NCBI GenBank assembly: GCA_964270895.1 | Contig: OZ185436.1 | DNA from: Podarcis filfolensis | Lineage: Eukaryota | Length of the DNA stretch: 64,000 nucleotides | Reading direction: 5' to 3' (one strand) | Shown here: piece by piece, positions 53,272 to 64,000 of the stretch | Layout of the letters: each line of letters opens with the position of its first letter | Position numbering within the stretch: the first letter of the stretch is position 1 | Position numbers and translations under genes: made by a program | The notes under the pieces: model-generated | Databases searched by the model: none | Told to the model about the DNA's origin: nothing | What the model saw: the letters and a program-made list of their open reading frames with translations, nothing else

Positions 53272-55337
53272 GGTTAGTTTTTAAAAAAAGAGCCATCCTT
53301 GCTAGATTGTTTATTCTTACTGCAAGAAGACCCACACTGACTTCCCCCCCTCCTCTTTCTGCTCTCCACCCCAACAGCCTGCTTTGGAGGATAGAGGGAA
53401 CTCTCCAAAACATGGCATTGGAGGGGGGTGGGGGTGGGCTGGCGGCAGCGGAAGAGAAGAAATCCCATTGTGTAGTCAGACGTCCTTCCGCTAATGGGAC
53501 AATTCCATTGACAAAAACCCCAAGTGAGAATCTGTAGCCATCTCTCTCTCCCCCTCTCCTGCCACAAATGCACACCCTGCTTTTTTCAGTGCAGCACTAG
53601 GAGGAATGTTCTATCAGTGCAGGGATTTATCTGGGCACAATAGAACATTTCCCTCCTCTCCTCTCCTCCCCCCAAACTGTTCTGTGGAGTTTCCCCAACC
53701 CTCTAGAACAAATTTGGAGAAGGTGCAGGATATGCATGGGGAGTGGGAAATTCCCACTGCGCTAGTACAAACATTTAGCTGAATATTGTCCATTATTCTA
53801 TTGTAATACATTGGTATGATGCAAGAGTTTAAAGTGTCACCTACAGACAAAGTTGTAAACCCAAGAGCTCTTAAGAGAGTTTAAAAACAGCAGCAGAATA
53901 TAACTAAGAAGGCTTTTGCTGAGACCCTTCTCAGACAGCAGTGGGACCCAAGGGAGAGCACTCGATGCAGAACAAAGGTTGGACCATGGATTGCATAACA
54001 GCATCGTAATTATCAGCAGTTTTATTTTCAATTCCTTTCCTAATGATCCCCAGCATGGGATTTTCCTTTTTCACAGCAGTCACACACTAAGTCCACATCT
54101 TCATTGAGCTATCCACTACGACCTCAAGGTCTTGTTCAGTCACGGCCAGTTCAGACCCTCAGTGCTTGCCAAATACCTGGGAAAACAAAAATATCCTTGC
54201 CTGGTGCTGAAGCAATTGCAGGCAGGCTTCCCTGGGTAAAATGGGTGGCTACTACAAAAGGCCTTTTCTCGTGCTGCCATCCTTTAGACCTTCCTTGAAC
54301 GCAGAATGACAGAAAGAGCTTCAGATGATGATCTGAAGGGTTGGACAAGTTTGAGGTCTTTTAGGTAGAGTGGTGATCAAAACAATCAGATATCTGGGCA
54401 CCACAAGAACATCATTTCAGAGGACATCCCCCAGACCATGAGAATGCAGGGAGGGACAAGGAAATGTTTTACCCTACAAGATGTTCATTTAGATCAACAG
54501 AAATAACTACTTTGTATTAAGGTTAGCAAAGTGGGAACGCCCCCCCTCCCACATTCAGATAACTCGCAGTTTGAAAGAAAGCATAACCTGTGCGGCAAAA
54601 AATTAAAAGGAAACAGAGAAGCACCAATGAAAGGGTCACTGCAATGTAAGGTGTCCTGCCAAAGGTTACTTCGTGAATGAACAGCTGCAGCAAGGTGTAA
54701 ACCAGGATCTTCCAATCCTGCACTCTCAGTTGTCATGCTATACCTGCCTAAATTCTACTCTTCCCAGAGATGAAGAGATATCAGCAAAATAATCACCATC
54801 TCTGGTTGTCAAGATTTAACCTCTGGGTTTTTCTCCAAGGCAGTTAGTGTCTGTTTGCTTGCCCTCTCTCTCTCTCTCCCCACCTCCCTAAGGGGTCCTG
54901 AATTTAAGGCAATTATCTAGGTATTACCATGGCTATAATTTTAATATATTCAGCAGATCATTTGAACTTCCTAGCAAGGATGATTCAAATCAGATTGACT
55001 GGTTTGGATCAAATTTATGCTAAGCCATATTTAGTTTATGCTCACATGCATGGCTAGCTGTTTTAGAAATTAAAAACTAAACCCAGAATGATATAAAGGG
55101 TTAATTGCTGGCCTGTGATTGAACTGCCAGTGACTGCCATTACTAAGATCTCTGTAGAAAGCCTTGTATTTTGCTAGCTGGGTATACTAAAGCATTTCTG
55201 TAATGATACAGACCGTTCACTGACCTAAGGACTCCAATAAGACAGAAGAGACACAAGAGGCATTTTGCAGCTATGTTGGGTTAAGAGAAAAAGGACACAG
55301 AGTTTGTATTTTAAGGCAAGGCATCTCCAGTACCAAT

Positions 55338-55343
55338 TTTATT
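55338..55343 (-). terminator. UBTD2: Candidate distal UBTD2 poly(A) signal
   Basis: AATAAA on the minus strand followed about 40-50 nt later by a GU/U-rich element (UGUGUCCUUUUU, 55288-55299). Confidence 0.4.
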
Positions 55344-58300
55344 TTTAAAAGCCAAATAATAATAATAACCAGGTTTTCTTGTTGTTTTTCCTTTCTGTTT
55401 AATACATAGAGTACTATACAGCATATTCCTGGCTTTTAGGAAATCATGATGCTACACTGATTTACTTCATTTAATTGGTCAAAAAAGAACCTATTTGTGC
55501 TTTGCTATAGAATTTTAAAGGTGTGCACATACTACTGCAATGTCAGCACAACATAGGTACAGTATAAATATGTAGTGCACCTTGAAAAGGCTAACCCAAA
55601 TGTTAACTGCATTTCCAGACATTTCACCTTTGGGCTGAAGGAGACTGTAAGAAAAGTTCCACACATCCTGCATGTACAAAGCTAAAAGATTTAGTTTTAT
55701 AAAAGTTGCACGGAGGAGGGGTGGGGAAGTGCCACATCATAGGAATTCCCCTAATCAGACTTCCCTTTTTAGCTACTGAAAACTGTGTTTCTCTGTATTG
55801 GTACCCAATTGCCAACCACCTATGTAACACGAATGCTTCTTTTGATACATGGCACAGAACAAACACTGTACAAAAAAAGATTTACCAGAAAAGAGAAGAT
55901 TTTTATTCAAGAAATACAAATTGATGGTACCAGCCATCTTTGGAAGCCACTACCAAGAGGCAAATAGGACATTTAAATCCAAGTAATTTGCTCATAACAC
56001 ATTAGAGAAGAATGTCTTTACACACCTCCAGCTGCCTAGTACACAATTTCAGGCATTGCTCAAAAGGCGATCTCCAGTTTCTAGACGTTCCCAGGACATG
56101 GAGAGGAGAGGCACTGGTAAGACCCTCGACAGAAGACCATTTCACTGTTTTTGAGTTTAAGACCCAGTAAATTGTTAAAAAAAAATAAATCAAAAAATCC
56201 TTTCCCATCTTTGGCTAGATTCAATTGCCAGAAAAAGGGGGATTAAAAGTGTCAGGTGAATTTTAAATATTCATAATGAAAACGACCATGCTTGCATTTT
56301 TTTTAAATTGGCAACATGGTTCTGATCCAGAGATAATTAGCACAATATTGAGAAGTATCTAATACATAGTGTCCTCAGCTGAAGGACATGAGTCTATTTC
56401 ATCACAGACTGCCATTCAGGGCAATGGAGTTCCAACCTCCTTAGGAAACCAACCGTATTTAAACAAACAAAAACCAAACCATTAAGCCACTTTCATACTC
56501 TTAGTACTTAAATAAGCTTGCTGGCATGCATCACAGTGCACTCCTCTTTCAAAAGGGGAGTCACAGCCCTGGATTTAAGGCTTCCTATAAATGGGACCAG
56601 AGTCTACATAGAAAGAAAAGCGAAGAGACAGGAAGGAAATAAAAATAAACCGCTGAATTAAATTAAGAATACTTCTTGGACACAGAGATATTTTTAAACT
56701 AGCTACACTAGTCTTGGATACATGGCTATTAGGCAAAAGAATCAGTAACGTCACAAGTGTTGCATTTTCATATTTTCCTGCTTTAGAATACAAGATGTTG
56801 AAAAGGCAGGTTTGCCTCTAAATTCAGTTCTACAACTCCCATATACTGTATTTCTTTACACCATTTACATACTGTTGGGTACAAATTGTGTGTGTGGTGT
56901 TGTTGTTTTTTTAAAAAAACAACACTCAGGAAAAGGGTTGTCAGAGAAGTAAACTGAAAATGGAATATTATTGCAGACAGCTGAAGAAATGCACCCCCCA
57001 AAAGCTCTATATAATCTTAAGCAAAAATAACCTACCTAGCCAGGGACAATCATGTAAAGACCAAAGGAACTGCTGTTAGAAAACCATATAGTTTTAGACA
57101 TCCGATATGCATAACTAACACTCTGAGACAAATTAAGAGATATGTCAATGACTGCAATCCTAAAATGATTTTCAAAAACAGCACAAAATTGTATTAACCT
57201 ACCAGATATGATTTTGTTATATTTTCTCCCTAAGGAGCAATGCACTAAACATGAAGGCCCATTTACCCTTCTTGCGAGCGACACTTAAAATCTTGTTTTA
57301 TCAAAACACATTGTGCCACAGCTGAATATATTGCTCTCATCGCATCAATCTGAATCCTGATTATTTTTGTAAAATGAATAATGAAACTACAGTATTGAAA
57401 AAAGAGGTATTATCTTTGTCCATCAAAATCCTCTCAAAACCCAGTTTATTACACTGCAATTTCACACTTCACCGTTTCCCAAATACCTCCTTAGTCTCTC
57501 TAAAGTTTAGAGATCAAGAGAATTACAATCATGGCTTTTAATGTGATCATTTTCTTAATCTCATTGTCTCGTGGTAGAATTTTGTGTAATGCCAATGCAA
57601 CTAATGTACTAAGCCAAAGCTCTAGTCACATGTTTTGTTTTCAGAATAGGATGGAGCACAGTAAGCAGTATGTGTCTCCTATGCATTCATTCTCCTCGCA
57701 ACCCGCTTTTTTACATAATGCAGTATCAACAGCGCTACTGTCCTTTTGCCTTTCAAGCTCATCCAAGACAGATTACAGAGAGTCCATTACTTCTGGGTCA
57801 TGTACTAGTGACACGTCTGCAATAACAAGCATGAAAACCAAAGCTCTGTGCTAAACAAACCTGCCACCACCATATGTCTGTAGATATAATTCACTAGCAA
57901 AGGGGAGAAGGTAAATCAGAAATGGCGTATAAATGTGTTACACTGTAAAGAACAATATTGTAACTGTTTGCTTGTTTGCCCTTGGTAGCTCTATGCCAAG
58001 TGTTCTGTCTTTAGAATGTATGTGAGTGTGTGCATGTATGTCTGCAGAAGAGGCAAAGCTTTGACTCCAACGATGGGAATGAGCTGGCATAGGCCAGAAC
58101 CCAATCTGCATGCTGATAAAACATTAAATGCATGCAACAGTGCTTACTTGAATTAGTCTTCTGTTAAAAGTAATAAATGAAATTGCTTGGCCTTGGAGAT
58201 TAAAAACAATGAAAATCCAGTTGCCTCGCTTATTCTAACTGCTGGGTGAAGGTGAACAACATTAGGTGAAAGGGATATGCCTGACTTATAATCGAGTTTC

Positions 58301-61184
58301 CCCTAAAAAACCCAGTTCTTTCTAGAGCAGGAAAGAGTAAGAGTAAGCAAGAAACTAAGACTCCTACTTGGTTAACAGATGCATGCAGTTTCCACTCATA
58401 GTAAAAACTATTCACGATACCTGAGGAGTTACTTTTGTTTAGAGCTTGAGAGGTGGTTAAGTCACCACTATGCTTATGAAAGACAAGCAATCCTTGAGTG
58501 CCTGCCATCAGTACAAAAGGGAGGTATATTGATTTACTGTGCACATATGTGCGTGCACAAGTTCCAATATGGTCCTTCATCACAGTTTGGAGGAATTTCA
58601 CTACCATTCCAACTGTAGGGATAATGACCTTTTCCTTTCAAGCTGTTCCATTCTAACTGCTGAAGTGGGAGTGCAGCTCCCATTTTTCAGTGCAGCATCA
58701 TCTGGAAATTTACACGTCATCAGCTTAAAAAGTGTCAAGCACACGTTTTTATTTCTTCACACACATGCACACACACACCGATGTGAAAATGTTTGTCGGA
58801 GAAGGTGACTGCATTTTTTAAGAACTGTAGAGCTGCATTCATGTTAGCCAACTTGTGGCAGAGGTAAGTGGAGCTACTCCAAAACCCTCTTGTAACTTGT
58901 TCCCTAAGAAAAGTCTGACTACCACAGAGCATTCTACAGTTGGGAACTCATATTCTTTGCCAAATACATGCTGAATACCTGAATGCATGTTGGAAACCTA
59001 TCTTCATCAAGCATGGCCAGTGCCATGGGTCAGCATCCTTAAGCAGCTGTCATGGGCCCATCATTATCACCTGACCCACAACACTGGCCACTGAAGAACA
59101 GCAGAACCCATAACTGATGCCCACCCCCTTTGTCAAAGATGACTGGCAAACCTCCACCCGCCACACAGATAAGCAAGTGGCAATAGTGGCTGAGAACAGC
59201 AGTGACTGTTGCTTGCTCATTTGCTCTGTCAATGGCAGCAAGAAGCAGCTACTACTGCCTTCCTCCAGGCATCAGAAGTATGAGAAGTGGCCCACTGGAA
59301 GGCATCTGGCTGAGTGAGCCTCACATCACAAACCTGGAGCTGGCCCAGCCATCAAGCAACGTGGCTTGAAAACATTTCACGTAATCCTGAACATATTCCG
59401 AAAAGGGCAGAAGTACTCACAGAAGTTATCAGCCTATTTTTAGCTCAATTCAATTTTAATATCTATAAATTATTTTTGTCTGTTTAACTTGGGAAAAATG
59501 AGACCACTCGACACATACTTTTATTTTGCAAGGTATACTTTTTCTGATATGTAATGGCTGTGGTGTGCACCAAATAAGTTTATTACTTGGAAATTACAAA
59601 GAAACTAACTGGTACCAACTAAATGGATCAACACCTAGGATGCCTCTCCAAAAATCAGCATTTAGAGTTTTTATGCAGCAGTCTAGCATTCCTTTTCACT
59701 TCAGCACATGTGGAATGACTTCAAAAAGAGTCACAATGACATTAGATTTTGCCTTAAATATTTTAGCTTTTTAGTCAATTGTTTAGCATGCACCCTTTGT
59801 GACAAATGAAGGATCTGCATCCTTCTGAACTTCTAAAATATAAGTGTTTGCTCCTAATATTAGCACAAGTGAACATGGTATCTGAGAAAGTGGGGGAACT
59901 TAACAAATCCCTAGAAGACAGATACCCTTTTGCTGTATGCTGCTGCCATCTGGCCAAAACTACATTGAAAGACCCTGCAGTATTCGACTGTGCCCAGAAG
60001 AATGCTGTGGTGGTGACACACAATGATACATTCATATGGCAAGTGGTTCCAAGTCTGAACTGATTTCCGAAAAGAGAAACCTCCTTTGAGAAACTTTGCA
60101 ACCTACCCTACACTGAAAATGCAATATAATTCTAAATTTTTATGTTTCATTGTTCTAGTTTCTAGTTATCACAGCAAGATAACCCGAGTAAGGCTAGGTT
60201 AGTTATAGGACACTTAAGTATTGTAGCTCTCCTCACTGCAGAGAGGAAGAGGTCCACCCTAGATTATTCCATCAGTGGACCAAAAACATGCCTTTTCACA
60301 GATAAAAATAACTGTAAAGTAGATTCAGTGCTTAGCAAGAAGAATATTAATGAGTTCTGTTTGAAAAATGATTAATAATAGTGGTGCTAACAGGAACATG
60401 ACCACACCAAAAGAACAGAACCAATGATCAAGTATACATGTAATATTAAGCTGCACCATAGCTTAGTGCAAACAAGCATGCTTCCCCAGAGAAAATCACT
60501 GTCACTTTGCTCCCCTTCCAGTCCTGCTGCTGCACTGCTGTGAGCTAAGCTATGGCTTGGCTGAGCATTCTGTCTGAACCCAAGTTCATGGTTTCTCTTG
60601 CTCCAGACAAACCGCAAGCTGTAACCAAGGGGAGGAGGAGAAAAGCAGCCACAATCTTTTCTCTGGGAACCCACGTTTGCTCTTTTTCCGACAAGCCCAT
60701 GGTTTGGCTTCGTGTCATGTGTGAACCAGGTCAGGGACAACAAAAAGCACAGAGAATCTAAACAAAAGAGTTATGTATACTTCTTTTCAAAAGATGCACA
60801 TTGCTAGGACTGATTTGTTCAGTATTACTCGACAGAATTTAACTGGACTGCTATCAATCTTGCCCGAAGCCCTCTTAGAAGGATATACCTCCTACTCTAA
60901 AGAATGGCTTGCTTTCACATTCTGAAGGGAAAATGCTGTGTGATATTGCTAAGGTTACTGTGATGTTTCAGATAAATCTGCCAAGTAGAAAAAGTGGCCC
61001 ATCAATCTGACATACATGCACTGCATATACACTGTCATATGCATGAGTGTGAATAAGTGTAACTGAAGCCATGGCAGGGAAGATAAAGAATGCTTGAAAT
61101 ATGCACACTGCTTTTCACAAACCAACTCAATCCACTTCTTTCTGTAAGCTACCCATCACCAGCAAGATACAAAAGTATTTAGGT

Positions 61185-61310
61185 CAGGAGCAACTAAGCT
61201 GTGGCCCTCCAGATGCTGCTGGACTCCAACCCCCATCATGCCTGATCGTTGGCCATGTTGACTGGGGCTGATCCTACAATTTCTGGAGGCCCACTGGTAA
61301 GCCACCCCTG
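61185..61310. mobile_element. Degenerate palindromic MITE within the putative UBTD2 3' UTR
   Basis: GTGGCCCTCCAGATGCTGCTGGACTCCAAC...CTGGAGGCCCAC...CCACCCCTG. Confidence 0.7.
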
Positions 61311-62392
61311 ACATAAGGATTTGTGGAATAGTAATACAAATATTCTTGAAATATACAACTCCCCCCAAAATATTGAAAGATCTAATGGTGTAAAGGAAAG
61401 ATCAGATGATTTAACAATCTACAATATCTTCCTAATTTTCAATCATTATTCCCATCTCTTCCCCCAAGGGTCAAGTGTGTGTGTAATCACTTAGCAGAAT
61501 AAGATGATGCATCTGAGTCCCAGTTATGCCAAGCAACATAAAGATCAGTGGGGAGATATATGATACTGTCAAGCAAGTTGCACACCCTTACCTTACAGAA
61601 GTGTATGACAGGGCTTCCTGTGCTTTTCTTCTGTAGTATGTTAATAGCTATTGCTGTGAATAAAGGGGGTTTAAAATCACTATATTGGGCCTAAACATTA
61701 TCGGCTAACATACTAAGTGAAATAAGTCCTGTGCCTTCTTTTGCTTTTGTTTCTCAGGCTGGTGAACCTCAAATAATAAGCTTTTTAACTAGATACAGAA
61801 GTATACGGTAACTGCAATTCCATGTAACATTACATATTTGCTAAACAATAGCCTAATTTTTCAGAGAGCAATATTTAGCACATACTGAAGCCAGCAATGG
61901 CAAATCACTATTGCTTGCTATTTCAGAATATACCAAAAAACTTTAATTTGGGATCATCTATACTAATCAGATTGCACCTGATAGTCTGTCCCAGAATCCT
62001 TCACCATCCCATTTAAATATTAGCCTTGTTGAGCTAATGTGAAACTAGAATAGACACAATTCCTACAATTATCACAGCATACTAGATTTACCAGAGCAGC
62101 TACACTGATTGGCTGAACTGTAAGTGATGCTGATTTCACAAAATACTTCAGTTTGGTTTAATCCTTTTAAAAGTGCCTTTCCCTTTAATGGATCAGTACT
62201 TCACTTATAGTTCAAACCACTTTTTAAGCATCATCCTCTGTAAACTTCAGGATCTCTTTCACACACATGTTCCAGATTTACTTTGTTAAGAACGTCTTAC
62301 TGTGGTGTCAAGAATTCCTAAATTGGGCAAAGTCTCCAGGGGCAGTTTAGGAACGTGTGTGTGCTTCATGTGTGTGTGTTCCCCCCCTAAAG

Positions 62393-62409
62393 CTCCATCA
62401 CAGATGGAA
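62393..62409 (-). promoter_or_regulatory. Constitutive decay element (Roquin CDE)-type stem-loop in the UBTD2 3' UTR
   Basis: mRNA UUCCAUC-UGU-GAUGGAG: 7-bp stem (one U-G pair) with a UGU triloop, containing the UCYRYGA core. Confidence 0.65.
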
Positions 62410-62523
62410 TTTCTGCTGGTCATTGTTTAGAACCAACCCACTAGTCGGAGAGAACAAAAATAGTGAAAAAGTTCCCACATGGTAAGAAGAGCAGAAAAGG
62501 AAAAGAGAAACATACAGGCAAAG

Positions 62524-62921
62524 TCAGTTCTCCACCGGGGTGGGGTTTGTTAAGGGCTGGCTCACAATGACTTGCACCACATAGTCCCTTGGTATTTTCA
62601 ACTCCTCCAGTTTCATTTTGTCTGCCAGGGGCCTGCCTGAAAAAAACCACCGCTGGCTGCTGGGCTCCACACCCTCTGCTGTGTGCAGTCTTCTCTTCAT
62701 GTGATAGACAGTGTCCATACTGCGGACCACAAGTTTGAGGTCTTTGCCTGTTGAGAGGCGTAAACGAAGCTGACATTCATGACCCGAGTTAGGTGGTGGA
62801 TCGGGAATATCCAGAGTCTCTAAATCCCCCTTCTCTTCTATCATGTTGATGGGCGGGGCCAGGCAGTAGACAGGAAGCTGGTATCGGTTTCCCAGTTCGT
62901 CATAGCACTCGGTAAGAGCAC
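62524..62921 (-). CDS. UBTD2: UBTD2 last coding exon, (G)[30 protein letters not shown]...ubiquitin-like domain...[13 protein letters not shown]-stop
   Basis: [19 protein letters not shown] motif plus C-terminal ubiquitin-like domain ([18 protein letters not shown]); acceptor tttccatctcttctgaag|GT; 398 nt; the ending PTPVEN matches my recollection of UBTD2 rather than UBTD1. Confidence 0.96.
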
Positions 62922-63681
62922 CTTCAGAAGAGATGGAAAGAAAAAAACAGGGTTAAGTGACAAAGTTTTAAATAAAATCAACATTATACTCCTTGAGATG
63001 TTCTTTGATTCTAGTACTGTTTACGCTTAAACTCCTGAACAGTGTGTAATGACCAACTTCTTCTCCCAGCTCCAGAGGTTTAAGTATTATTACTGAGAAG
63101 CTATACCAGTGAGTGCTTTTTCCTCCTTGTGAATATTTTGTTTTTTTTTTTAAAAAAAAAGCTCAAAAATGAAATACAGAGTAGATGTAACTTACCAACC
63201 CAACAAGTTATGAGTGATAAATATAAAGGAATTAAAACACATTTCACTTTCTTACTTATGTTTTTCTGCATAAAGGATGCAAGAAAAATTTGGGCTTATG
63301 CTACAATTTTATCTTAGGCTCTGAATAGAAAATGGTAGTTTGGGATATTTATGTTTTCTTCTTGAGTCATGTAAGATTTTATGCCATTAAAAGAATGTTC
63401 AGAGGAGAGCTAAAAAGGCAAATAGCTATGTACAATAGTAAAAGCATGTAAAGACAGATTAAAAACAAGCAGATAAATATCTAGATGGCTTCCCATATGC
63501 ATTAAAACCTTGAAATGTTCACATTTCTAATTCTAATTAACGTCTAACAAGCCAACATTTCCTATTCTATGAATGTCCATAGCACAGGCAAGTGCAGGAG
63601 GTGTGCTAGGTGTGCCCGGGCATACCCTAATGTTTTTAAAAAATGGGGAACAAGGGAAGCAAAGGGAGAGAGATATAAGTA

Positions 63682-63913
63682 CAGTGGTACCTCAGGTTAC
63701 ATACGCTTCAGGTTACAGACTCCGCTAACCCAGAAATAGTACCTCCGGTTAAGAACTTTGCTTCAGGCTGAGAACAGAAATTGCGCAGCTGTGGCGCGGC
63801 AGCAGCAGCAGCGGGAGGCCCCATTAGCTAAAGTGGTGCTTCAGGTTAAGAACAGTTTCAGGTTAAGAACGGACCTCCAGAATGAATTAAGTTCTTAACC
63901 CGAGGTACCACTG
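63682..63913 (-). mobile_element. Tc1/mariner-type MITE, copy F (in a UBTD2 intron)
   Basis: Same TIRs, TA flanks. Confidence 0.92.
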
Positions 63914-64000
63914 TAGAATAAAAAGGCTGGAAAGGATCTGCAATTTCTTCCTGCAACTGTCTCTGGAAACAGTAGTGGGGTGACTGGCTCCAGTGGTGGC

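Larger units (their letters stand above)
55315..62523 (-). other. UBTD2: Probable UBTD2 3' UTR, maximal extent; the distal part is inferred
   Basis: Follows the stop codon; AT-rich and poor in young repeats; minus-strand AATAAA at 59579-59584, 59520-59525, 58748-58753, 55902-55907 and 55338-55343. Confidence 0.4.

Noticed and set aside
60283-60298. Second UCUGUGA CDE-like core in the putative UBTD2 UTR (and another at about 56402)
   Set aside because: The stem breaks after two base pairs, so a CDE hairpin is not supported.

Overview
Vertebrate genomic DNA, most likely a squamate and probably a lacertid-type lizard (inferred from the SINE/CR1/MITE families and divergence from the mammalian proteins). 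It covers the STK10-EFCAB9-UBTD2 block. (1) STK10/LOK is on the minus strand: coding exons 1-6 span 43560 down to 534, giving 788 nt of CDS (most of the Ste20-type kinase domain). All splice sites are GT-AG and in phase, intron 1 is about 24.4 kb and intron 2 about 12 kb, the promoter is a CpG island at about 43.3-44.5 kb, and the gene continues beyond the left edge. (2) EFCAB9, the CatSper EF-hand Ca2+ sensor, is complete on the plus strand (four exons, 48777-53061, 205 aa) and lies head-to-head with STK10. (3) UBTD2 contributes its last coding exon (minus, 62524-62921) and probably a long 3' UTR converging on EFCAB9. The rest is intron or intergenic DNA with Tc1/mariner-type and hAT-type MITEs, CR1/L2/L1 fragments, tRNA-derived SINEs and microsatellites. 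Almost all other ORFs in the track are chance or repeat-derived. I found no CRISPR array, intact autonomous transposon or unexplained novel gene. The best leads are regulatory or structural: a Roquin-type CDE stem-loop in the UBTD2 3' UTR, three ISRE-like motifs around the STK10 5' end (one overlapping a ZNF143/THAP11 motif), an out-of-frame uORF overlapping the STK10 start, and near-canonical EF-hand loops in EFCAB9. Comparisons to human sequences are from memory and need database confirmation.
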